DNA from: Pseudomonadota bacterium
GTDB lineage: Bacteria; Pseudomonadota; Alphaproteobacteria; RF32; CAG-239
DNA length: 64,000 nucleotides
Direction of reading: 5' to 3'
Assembly: GCA_030523245.1 (NCBI GenBank)
Contig: JAUNIW010000001.1
Coordinates: forward strand, 18,971 to 82,970
This document shows, one piece after another, positions 19,115 to 27,759 of the stretch. Below the pieces are notes generated by a model. The model was not told the DNA's origin. It did no database searches and worked only from the letters and a program-made list of their open reading frames with translations. Every line of letters starts with the position of its first letter. Within the stretch, counting starts at the first letter, position 1. The translations under genes were made by a program, and so were the position numbers.

Positions 19115-20557
19115 ATGAAAAATAAAATAGCTGTAATATGCAGTACGATTTTGGTCCTGTCTCCTTATGTCGCAAAGGCAGACATAGATGTCATGTCTTT
19201 TGCTCAGGATCAGCTCACAAACTATCAAAAAGTTATTGATGAAAAAGTTTCCGATTATATCGGTTATGAAATGAATTTGCAGGAATTGGTCAACAGTCGT
19301 GATGTTTTAGGGGATTTAAAAAACAAAGCAAAAGGTTTTGCTATTGATGCGGCAATGAAATACGGGAGCAATATAAAAATCCGCTCGATGAGTCTGGGGG
19401 GATTAAAAGATGCCGTCAAAGGCAGTACGCCGACACCTTTACTGGCTCATTCTACCGGTAAAAAAATGTCGCGTGACAGTAAGGTGGCAAAAGATAGCGC
19501 GGAAGCCGTTTTACGGAAAAAGAAACTGAACCGGCTGCAGGTTGAAAATGTATCGACAATGTTCGCCAAAGCTTTGGTTGCACGTCGGGCCATTATCAAT
19601 GAGGAAAAGCAGCTTGCCGAAGAAGAAAAAAACGAACCGACGGATTTGACACAAGTTCTTGACGCTTATAAAAAAGTTTCAGTACGTGCGGATGGTCGCT
19701 GGAAAAGTATTTTGGACTCTCAGTCTAATCACTATGGTCAGTTGGCAACAATTGAATATCTGAATTCGGCAATTGAAAAGATTGACGAAGAGAACAAAAA
19801 AAGAGCCGAAGAAGATAAAAAAGAGAATGAAGATAATAAAAATGGTTTGGATAATACCGGTTTAACTAATCCGTTAAGCGGAGGCGATAATAAAGGTATG
19901 TCTTTAACGGATATGTATAATAAAGGAAGTGGTCTCATAAAAGATGCCAAAGACGGCAATTGGGATAAAGTTGCCAGCGGTGCACTTGGAAATATCGGTG
20001 ACTCAGGATTTGTTAACGGCCAAACCGGAAATATATTTAAAGATGTCGGATCAGGTATAACAACGGTTACAGATACGGCAAACCGTATAGAACGGGGTGA
20101 TGATGCCCTCGGTATTATCGGCGGTGTTGTTAACAGCGCAGGCAATATGGGATCTCTTGGCGAGGGTGTAAAAGGAACTATAAATAATATCGGAACAGGT
20201 GTGGATATTGCCGGCTCGGGCCGAAATACGATAAATAGTGTGAGCAATGGCGATATAAGCGGTGCATTAAACGGATTAGGCGATATGGCCGGCGGAGCAG
20301 GTGATTTAAGTACAAAGCCGTCCTCAAATACAAACAACGGTACACCGACATCTGATACACCTTCTACAACGCCGCCGGCCGGAACACCTTCTGACACGAC
20401 ATCATCAGGGACAGCTGCAGGCACATCACCGGCCGGAACGGCTTCTGACACGACATCTGATACGCCTTCCACAACGCCGCCGGCATCGTCAGGCCAAGGC
20501 GGTAAGACGACCATCAGAGGCGACGGTTGGCACTTTACAATAACCGGAACAAAATAA
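19115..20557 (+). CDS. secreted protein with Gly-rich and Thr/Ser/Pro-repeat C-terminus, unknown function
   Basis: The ATG at 19115 follows GAGGAG. 480 aa with signal ..YVAKA. The N-half is helical, followed by a Gly-rich region (GNIGDSGFVNGQTGN...GSLGEGVKGT...). TSDTPSTTPPA occurs twice in a T/S/P tract. Confidence 0.6.
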   Translation: MKNKIAVICSTILVLSPYVAKADIDVMSFAQDQLTNYQKVIDEKVSDYIGYEMNLQELVNSRDVLGDLKNKAKGFAIDAAMKYGSNIKIRSMSLGGLKDAVKGSTPTPLLAHSTGKKMSRDSKVAKDSAEAVLRKKKLNRLQVENVSTMFAKALVARRAIINEEKQLAEEEKNEPTDLTQVLDAYKKVSVRADGRWKSILDSQSNHYGQLATIEYLNSAIEKIDEENKKRAEEDKKENEDNKNGLDNTGLTNPLSGGDNKGMSLTDMYNKGSGLIKDAKDGNWDKVASGALGNIGDSGFVNGQTGNIFKDVGSGITTVTDTANRIERGDDALGIIGGVVNSAGNMGSLGEGVKGTINNIGTGVDIAGSGRNTINSVSNGDISGALNGLGDMAGGAGDLSTKPSSNTNNGTPTSDTPSTTPPAGTPSDTTSSGTAAGTSPAGTASDTTSDTPSTTPPASSGQGGKTTIRGDGWHFTITGTK

Positions 20558-20577
20558 TCAGAGAGAAAGGAAAGGCC

Positions 20578-21864
20578 ATGAAAAATATATGTAAAAAAAT
20601 TCAAATCCTTGCTCTGGTTGCGTTGATTTGTATTTTGAACAACACAAAAGCTTATGCGGCTCATAAACTGGACTTTTTTGCTCAAGCAGAAGAGGTTGGA
20701 AAGCAGGTGGAAACGTATAAAACTGATATGGAAGAAGAATACAATGCCGCGATGTCTGATTTAAAAGGAAAAGTTATGGCGGCAACAGGTTTGGAAGGTT
20801 CCGCTCTCTTCAATATGCTTATGACGGAATTAGGCGATGTTGGCAAGGATTTCGTTAAAAATATGGGAAATCAGCTGAAAAACGGCGAATTTGATGTTGG
20901 TGCTGCTTTTAATGATTCAGCCAGAGATTATGCTAATTTGTCGTTATCGGCTGCGACGGCAGAAAACCTTTTTAAAGATTATGCTCAGACCTTAGAAGCC
21001 GAACGAACCAAACAACTGGCTGAAATTAACAAAGCTTTGGAAGAAATTAACAAAGAAATTGAACAGGCTGCCGGTGACGAGGAAAAAACAGCAGAACTTA
21101 TGACGAGAAAAGACGAACTGGAAAAAACAAAAATAGAAATTGAACGTAAAGCGTCGGCACGGGATAAAAGAAAAGAAGAACTTAAGATAAATGCCGATAT
21201 TGCAAAACGAAAAGCCAATGAGGTCCAAAGCTATATGGACAGCATAAAGGTAGAACAAGTTTTAGACTTGTTTGGTGAAAAATCAGAAGATGGTGAAAGT
21301 ATTGAAGAAAAAGAAAAGGCTGAGCGTCTGGATGAAATGTACGGAGCCAATATTGATGAATTTTTCTTAGGTAAATATGAAGTTCTTAATTCCGAAACAA
21401 TGGCGCGGGTTCGGGCCAACCGTCAGAAAGAATATTACCGCTCTCTGCAGAATCTGATGCGGGTTATTATGATCGGTGCTTATAAAGGACAGAGCATTGC
21501 AGATAAAAGAGATGCCCTTTTGGATAAAACAACAGAAGCTGACGGTATTTTCGGCGGTAATGCCATGAAAATCGGCGTAGATATTCAAAAAGCCAAAATT
21601 GCTGCGCGTTATACCGAGTTGCTTCTGGCGGAAATCCGGTTTAACAGTGTTGCCGAAATGAACAGCTGGACCGATAAATACAGAAATAACAAAAAAGACG
21701 TGACGAAGTTCAATCTGGATGACTACGTTTACAAAAAGAAATCCGCCGTGCAGAAGCTTTGGGATAAAGCGATGGACAAAGGACAGGATGCGCTTCGGAA
21801 GAATCTTGATTCATCCAGTGTTTCGGATAAAGTAAACAGCGGCCTTCATTCTTTAGGCCTGTAA
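20578..21864 (+). CDS. secreted coiled-coil protein, unknown function
   Basis: The ATG at 20578 gives the signal MKNICKKIQILALVALICILNNTKAYA. 428 aa, Glu/Lys-rich and helical. Confidence 0.6.
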   Translation: MKNICKKIQILALVALICILNNTKAYAAHKLDFFAQAEEVGKQVETYKTDMEEEYNAAMSDLKGKVMAATGLEGSALFNMLMTELGDVGKDFVKNMGNQLKNGEFDVGAAFNDSARDYANLSLSAATAENLFKDYAQTLEAERTKQLAEINKALEEINKEIEQAAGDEEKTAELMTRKDELEKTKIEIERKASARDKRKEELKINADIAKRKANEVQSYMDSIKVEQVLDLFGEKSEDGESIEEKEKAERLDEMYGANIDEFFLGKYEVLNSETMARVRANRQKEYYRSLQNLMRVIMIGAYKGQSIADKRDALLDKTTEADGIFGGNAMKIGVDIQKAKIAARYTELLLAEIRFNSVAEMNSWTDKYRNNKKDVTKFNLDDYVYKKKSAVQKLWDKAMDKGQDALRKNLDSSSVSDKVNSGLHSLGL

Positions 21865-21878
21865 TAAAGGAGCTGACC

Positions 21879-24800
21879 ATGAAAAAGATTATATGCACAA
21901 TTATTTTAGCAAGCAGCCTCTTAATCAATCAGCCTGCCAAAGCCATAATATATGACTATACGCCGCTGTTACCGTATGCCACACAGGTTTGCTATCAATG
22001 TACACCGGCCGTGATTGCAACCGTATTGACATCAGCTGCCGAAGTAAAATCTTTATATGACAAGTATAAAGGCGGTCAGTTGATTACCTCCCTTTCTCAA
22101 AACGCCAAGAGTTATGCCTTGTCAACGGCCAACACCGAATTTATGAAACGTTATAATAACGTTCTTTCACGCAAGAAAGTCGTATCATATTCGCGTACGA
22201 TTGAAGACAGTAAGCTGACCGAGGCAGGAAAAATAGATGATGAAGGGAAAGTTAAAGAAGCTTTTGTAAAGCTGTTTTTCCAATATCCTTCAAACAACGG
22301 TAATGTCAGAGTAACTTATGACAATATCGGGCGTCAGTTTGTAATGGACAGCACAATGGAAATGTACATTACGGGACGTGAAATGAATATAGAATTAAAA
22401 AGTATGCTGGCCGAACTCGATAAAATCGAAAAATGTCTGGTTGCCGGCGAAGATTGCTCCGAGGCAGGCATGGAAGAATATAACTGCCAGAAAGACGGTA
22501 CGGAAGATAAAGTTTGTCTGGCCCGCAATGCATTAACAGCTGCCAGAATTTATGATAAAATTATGCGTTATAACCAGTTTTTATCGGCAATGAATGCTCA
22601 ATATGATGCCGTCAGAAGCATCAATAAGGGCATTAAAGTTCTGGAGTTTGAAGCAGACGAAAAAGATAAGAAAAAGGAAAGCAGTGTTGAAGATTTGTAT
22701 TTGGCTCAACCGGTCAAAACGGCAGAAAAAATGTCTGTCCGGACAGTGGCATCGGCTTCCGTCGAAACGAAGGATGACTTTGATACGCTGGATGATGCCG
22801 GTATTGAATCTCCGGTAAATAAAACTGAATTTGATAATATGGAAGTTGTTGCCGAAGCAACCGAAAAAATGAATGAGGCAATTTTGGCTCACAACTATAA
22901 ACAATCTTTACCACGTTATCGTGATGTGTTCAAAACCTATTATCAAATGAAAGAATACCACAATAAATCTAAAGAGATTCTTTTCAAATCAGAAGGTTGC
23001 GTTCTGAATTACTTGTCCCGCTATTTTAACAATCCGGGGATGGCCTGGGCCGGAAAAAGCTGTTCTAAGACGAGTGACGGCTACACTTGCCAGAAAAAGG
23101 TTGAAACCGTAAAAGGCAGCTATATCTATCAGTTTGCTGCGGATGAGGATACGGAAAAAGGTATATATGCCTGGCTGAAAGGGTTGTATAACAGTGCTCA
23201 GGATGAAGCAAATCTGAATTATGACGGCGTTTATACAACGGATATTCAGAATGGCGAAGCGGATGCTGAAGGTATTGTAAACAGTGTGGTAAGCAACGGT
23301 GAAGATTCAATCTATATATCTCAAGAACTGGATATGGATTCGGAAGGTGTTATGCCTTTAGATAAGCTGAAATCATTTGGAAATAAGGCTTATCAGCAGG
23401 ATAAAGACGGAAAGAATTCAAAGGCTTATAAAAAGCCGTCTATAGAAGATGAGGTCTATGCCGAATCAAGAAAAAGCGGACTGATGAACTGGACATTGGG
23501 AGCTGAGATTTCTCGTCAGATAAATTCTGATGCCATAAACGGCCGTTCGGATTTCGGAGAAGTAAAAGCCGGTTATGTCGTCTGGAACGATGTTCGCAAT
23601 TTCTATGATGCGTATCTGGAAAATAAATATGAAAATATGAAAAAATATTTATCTCAGGAAACATTGCTTTCGATGTTGCCGGAAGTGGCTGCTTCTGTAA
23701 AAGATACCTATAAATATGAGGATATCCGTGATAATAACGGCAAAGTTATTAAAACGGCCGCCCAGCAAAAAGCAGAAGATCAGCAGCTTGTTAATAAATT
23801 GCTGAACAGCGTGAAGAAAGGACCGGAACCGGACGAATTGGACAAGCTTCTGGAAGAAGAAAACAAGAAGTTATCAGAATTGACGGCAAACTATCATAAA
23901 CAGTTGTCTGCATTGCAAAATCAAAAGAAAACGATTTATAACGAAATGGACAGGGACAGCACAAAGCTGAGTAATACGATTGATGAATTAAACCAGAAAA
24001 CAAAGATAATCAGCCGAGCCGGTGCAAATAATCCGGAATCGGAAGATGCTTTGATTTATGGCAAAAAGCTGGAACGAGGTTCGGGAGTATCAGTGCAGCG
24101 GGCAAGTTATGAAAATTCAATTTCTGAAAATGACGAAGCCAAAGCGAAAGCGGTTATCGAAAAGAATAATCTTTCTAATCAAACAGAAAGTCTGAAGAGA
24201 AATATAGAAAGGAATAGAGAAAGACTGGGTAAAATTGACAGACAAATATCTCAGGTAAAAGCTGATTTCGTTAAAGATTACAATGATGTGCAGGATAAAT
24301 ATAATTCCAAAATTGATAAAGCAGCAGAAGATTATCAGGCAAAAGTAACTGCTTACAAGACAGCTCTGGATAAGCTGGCAGAGACAATGCCGATAATATC
24401 GTTGATTTCCACCTTGACGAAAAATGTGCAGGAGCAGGCTGTGGCGTTGATTAATGACAGTTACCAGAAAATCAGGGGCTTAGGCGATAAAATCTATTTG
24501 CCGAATAATACGGATGTTGCCGCGATACATAAAAAATTGTTGCAGGATTTGCGGGAGATGAATATTGAATCTGATGTTTATTCTGTTTTTGCCAAGGCAA
24601 TGGCAATAACCTTGTCAAAAGTAGCCGGTGAAGAAAAAGAAGTTGCAGACAGTGACTATTTTGTCGGTCTTGTAGCGAGAGAAAGAGACTTCATGACACC
24701 GAAAACAGCGGCGACAATTTCTGCGCCGTTCAGGGAGATTTTCCACTTTGATCTGGAAGACTATGATACGGTTTTGAAGTATAAAAAAGGCGGTATAGAC

Positions 24801-25892
24801 AGTGAACCGGCATCCGTGAAAGACATAACATTGGTTGGCCCGAGTTTTACGGAGAGCGGTCTGGATATTCCGGAAATCTGGAAATATGCCTTAAGACACC
24901 GCCAATTTGTGGAGCAGCGTCTGGATTTGACTGAATTTCTGAAGAGTGAAGATTCTGAAGAATTGTTCAGGGCGTCCGGTATTTATCCTTGTAAGGTTGG
25001 AAATAAATATGTAACGGCAACGGATAAGGCTTTCAAATATACGGAACCGTTGCCGGGCAGTGTTAAGTGTACGGGACTGGAAAACTTTTCTACAAAGAAG
25101 AAATCATGTCCGACGGCCGTATTGGATGTTGTATCAAATGTGGCCCAGTGTCTGAGCGTCGGTGCGGCAGAAAACGCAAGCAAGCTGAAACAAGGAAGTG
25201 AACTGGGGCAAATAGTACAGGTTGTCGAAATACCGTCAATTATAGGCGGAACGATTTTGCCGCAATACATAAAGATTACAAAACTGAGCTTTAATCAGGC
25301 TCTTCAGGATGCCGTCATAGTTATCAATAAGTCAACGGAATTGGATGAAGAGGAAGGTCATCAGGATTATTATAATGCAAAACGAATGATGTTTGAGCGC
25401 AACCAGTTTGGTGATTATCTGGATAATATGGAAGGCGAAAAAATGATGGCTGAAGTATGTGCGCAACAAGAGATTCAGGTTGATAAAATAAAAGAAGAAC
25501 TTCTCGAAATGTTTAATTCGCTGGGTTATACAATAGAAGATGATTTTGATTTGTATGACGAGGAAGATTACCGGAAAGCCGAGCAGGTTCTTAAAGATCA
25601 TAAAACAAGCAGTCTGCGTCGTTTGAGAGAATTGACGGAGGCTGTCAACGGAACCTCTAATATTATAAAACATAATAAAGCAAAATTGCAAAATGCCATT
25701 AAGGTTTTGGAAACAGACAGTGAAGAAAAAGTTCAGATATCAGCCGAGGACGATTTGGATGAATTGTCCGAAAAAATGAAAACGGCGGAGGCTGATCAGG
25801 CTGTGGAGAAAGCTTATGAAGAGGAAAGCGACAAAGCTTATGAAAGAGATATTCAAAGAATGCAGGCACCGTACTGTGCCGTGTATCCGTGA
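21879..25892 (+). CDS. very large secreted coiled-coil protein (1337 aa), unknown function
   Basis: GGAG SD and signal MKKIICTIILASSLLINQPAKA. No internal TM segments are visible. Long Lys/Glu/Asn/Gln helical stretches are present. It is the last gene before the first virB8. Confidence 0.65.
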   Translation: MKKIICTIILASSLLINQPAKAIIYDYTPLLPYATQVCYQCTPAVIATVLTSAAEVKSLYDKYKGGQLITSLSQNAKSYALSTANTEFMKRYNNVLSRKKVVSYSRTIEDSKLTEAGKIDDEGKVKEAFVKLFFQYPSNNGNVRVTYDNIGRQFVMDSTMEMYITGREMNIELKSMLAELDKIEKCLVAGEDCSEAGMEEYNCQKDGTEDKVCLARNALTAARIYDKIMRYNQFLSAMNAQYDAVRSINKGIKVLEFEADEKDKKKESSVEDLYLAQPVKTAEKMSVRTVASASVETKDDFDTLDDAGIESPVNKTEFDNMEVVAEATEKMNEAILAHNYKQSLPRYRDVFKTYYQMKEYHNKSKEILFKSEGCVLNYLSRYFNNPGMAWAGKSCSKTSDGYTCQKKVETVKGSYIYQFAADEDTEKGIYAWLKGLYNSAQDEANLNYDGVYTTDIQNGEADAEGIVNSVVSNGEDSIYISQELDMDSEGVMPLDKLKSFGNKAYQQDKDGKNSKAYKKPSIEDEVYAESRKSGLMNWTLGAEISRQINSDAINGRSDFGEVKAGYVVWNDVRNFYDAYLENKYENMKKYLSQETLLSMLPEVAASVKDTYKYEDIRDNNGKVIKTAAQQKAEDQQLVNKLLNSVKKGPEPDELDKLLEEENKKLSELTANYHKQLSALQNQKKTIYNEMDRDSTKLSNTIDELNQKTKIISRAGANNPESEDALIYGKKLERGSGVSVQRASYENSISENDEAKAKAVIEKNNLSNQTESLKRNIERNRERLGKIDRQISQVKADFVKDYNDVQDKYNSKIDKAAEDYQAKVTAYKTALDKLAETMPIISLISTLTKNVQEQAVALINDSYQKIRGLGDKIYLPNNTDVAAIHKKLLQDLREMNIESDVYSVFAKAMAITLSKVAGEEKEVADSDYFVGLVARERDFMTPKTAATISAPFREIFHFDLEDYDTVLKYKKGGIDSEPASVKDITLVGPSFTESGLDIPEIWKYALRHRQFVEQRLDLTEFLKSEDSEELFRASGIYPCKVGNKYVTATDKAFKYTEPLPGSVKCTGLENFSTKKKSCPTAVLDVVSNVAQCLSVGAAENASKLKQGSELGQIVQVVEIPSIIGGTILPQYIKITKLSFNQALQDAVIVINKSTELDEEEGHQDYYNAKRMMFERNQFGDYLDNMEGEKMMAEVCAQQEIQVDKIKEELLEMFNSLGYTIEDDFDLYDEEDYRKAEQVLKDHKTSSLRRLRELTEAVNGTSNIIKHNKAKLQNAIKVLETDSEEKVQISAEDDLDELSEKMKTAEADQAVEKAYEEESDKAYERDIQRMQAPYCAVYP

Positions 25893-25905
25893 GGTAAAAT
25901 AGAAA

Positions 25906-26652
25906 ATGGCCGAGTTAGATAACGGAATGGATAAAAAGCTGATAGCCGATGCGAATGCGCCTCAGAAAAGCTTTAATCCGCAATATGTAACAGATGACAG
26001 AATAAACGGGCGTTCGGCAAAGGAAGTTTATTTCCGCTGGCTTTCTCGATTGGTTATGGTTTGTGCGGTTTTGTCGCTGGGAGCATTCCTTTGTGCGTCT
26101 TTGGTTATTTTCCGTCTGGCACCGGAGATTATTGTCGAACCGCTGCTGATTACCAGCCAGAATGATTCGGAAACAATGGTCAGATATGAACCGATAACAC
26201 CTAAAATGCCATCTATCAAAAAAATGACAGAATTATTTGTTAAACAATATGTCATTATGAGAAACACGGTTATAAATGACGAGGATGAAATGAGAACCAG
26301 ATGGGGACCGGGAGGTATTGTGGCATATCTTTCCACACCGCAGGTCTATCGGGAGTTTGTCGGAAAAAATATAAAAGATGTCGGCAGAATGTTTGAAAAA
26401 GGTTACTCAAAAGAAGTCCGCATTGACAGTGTCGGTCAGGTCAGTGAAAGCAGTCCGGCTTGGATTGTAAACTTTACAATCTATAATCTTTCACAAAAAA
26501 ATGAAACGAACGGACTTACCTTGAAAAAAACAAAAATGAGAGCTTCTTTAACACCGCGTTTTATTCCTGAGCGTGGTGCGGTTTATGCTCGTCTGATAAA
26601 TCCGCTCGGATTTACGGTGATTAAATATAATCAAGATGAAATTCGTGAATAA
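25906..26652 (+). CDS. virB8: VirB8-family T4SS protein, copy 1
   Basis: 248 aa with a cytoplasmic N-tail, a single TM (VMVCAVLSLGAFLCASLVIF) and a periplasmic domain containing FVKQYVIMRNTV, which resembles the VirB8 f-v--Yv--RE-y motif. Confidence 0.7.
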   Translation: MAELDNGMDKKLIADANAPQKSFNPQYVTDDRINGRSAKEVYFRWLSRLVMVCAVLSLGAFLCASLVIFRLAPEIIVEPLLITSQNDSETMVRYEPITPKMPSIKKMTELFVKQYVIMRNTVINDEDEMRTRWGPGGIVAYLSTPQVYREFVGKNIKDVGRMFEKGYSKEVRIDSVGQVSESSPAWIVNFTIYNLSQKNETNGLTLKKTKMRASLTPRFIPERGAVYARLINPLGFTVIKYNQDEIRE

Positions 26653-26789
26653 TTTGTTTAAGCAATTTTAATCTTTTTATTTTAATATAATACCCAAAGG
26701 AGTATCCGGAAGAAACCGTAAAGTCGGTAAAAGCCTGATAATCCCTTGGGTATAGTCGATTCTATATATAGAAAATGGAAGATATGCAA

Positions 26790-26981
26790 ATGTCAAAAAA
26801 AATTTTATTGATAATGAGTTTATTGCTGATTTTATCGGCATGCAGCCTTTTTGGTTCATACTATGAACCGGAAGCCATCGGTCCGGGTAAAGATGTGAAC
26901 GAGTTAAAACTCTCTCCCTGTGCATGTATGCAGGTAGAAACCATAAAAAACGTACCGGATTGGTTTTGGGAAACAATTTAA
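26790..26981 (+). CDS. small lipoprotein, VirB7-like
   Basis: The ATG at 26790 gives a 63-aa protein with the lipobox LLILSAC. Size and location next to virB8/virB9 fit VirB7-type lipoproteins. Confidence 0.45.
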   Translation: MSKKILLIMSLLLILSACSLFGSYYEPEAIGPGKDVNELKLSPCACMQVETIKNVPDWFWETI

Positions 26982-26995
26982 ATTAAGAGGCAGAT

Positions 26996-27742
26996 ATGGC
27001 TGATCAACTGGGGGTAAACAATACGCAGCAAAAACTTTTGAATTCCGGTTCACAGGTTCGGCCGGGAATGCGTTCCGGTACACGGCGTATTAACCGTAAT
27101 GAAGATAGTCTGGTTGTTAATGCCAGTGAGAAAAGATATTTGTGGACGGCACGTGCGTTTGCCGTTGTGACCGCCGTCAGCCTTTGTTGCAATATAATCT
27201 TATTGCTGACCATTGCCAATATTGTTCCGTTGTATCGGGTAGAGCCGTATCTGTTGACCTTAAGCAATAAGGAAGAGCAGGTTTACCGGATTGTTCCCTA
27301 TACACGCAATATGGATTCGAATAAGGCTATTACCGAAACATTTATTCGCGAATATATTTTGCTGCGTACGACTTTATTGCCGGACACCGAAGAAATGGAA
27401 GTCAGATGGCAGAACGGCGGTGATTTGCAGGAAATGTCATCATCTATTGTTTATCAGGACTTTTTGAAAAATACAGGCCGCAAACTGATGCAGCGTATGA
27501 AACAAGACGGCTTGACAAGTTCCGTTAAGATTTTAACCGTCAATGAAATCGAAGAAGGAACATGGCAGGTAGAATATAAAGTGGACTATTATCTGCCGTC
27601 ATCATACACACCAAAGACAATTCGTTACCGTGCCAGTCTGAAGGTGCAATATCAGCCAAGAAGAGTTCAATATAAAGAAAGGTTGAAAAATCCGGTCGGA
27701 TTTAAAGTCATTTCATACGGAACAAAGCAATTGAAAGATTAA
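26996..27742 (+). CDS. virB8: VirB8-family T4SS protein, copy 2
   Basis: 248 aa with the same architecture as copy 1 but divergent (EKRYLWTARAFAVVTAVSLCCNIILLLTIANIV TM; FIREYILLRTTL). Confidence 0.7.
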   Translation: MADQLGVNNTQQKLLNSGSQVRPGMRSGTRRINRNEDSLVVNASEKRYLWTARAFAVVTAVSLCCNIILLLTIANIVPLYRVEPYLLTLSNKEEQVYRIVPYTRNMDSNKAITETFIREYILLRTTLLPDTEEMEVRWQNGGDLQEMSSSIVYQDFLKNTGRKLMQRMKQDGLTSSVKILTVNEIEEGTWQVEYKVDYYLPSSYTPKTIRYRASLKVQYQPRRVQYKERLKNPVGFKVISYGTKQLKD

Positions 27743-27759
27743 CCATTAAGGATAAAAAA

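Noticed and set aside
19738-20685. 315-aa minus-strand ORF, Pro/Ser/Val-rich
   Set aside because: It is antisense to the Gly/Thr/Ser/Pro-rich part of the 19115-20557 gene. It mirrors that low-complexity coding sequence, has no SD or plausible context, and would break the tightly packed plus-strand operon.
26690-26753. Imperfect inverted repeat (ATACCCAA...TTGGGTAT) in the 137-bp gap between virB8 copy 1 and the lipoprotein gene
   Set aside because: It has only 8 contiguous bp, a 40-nt loop and no T-run. It could be an mRNA processing or stability element, but it is not distinguishable from chance in AT-rich DNA.
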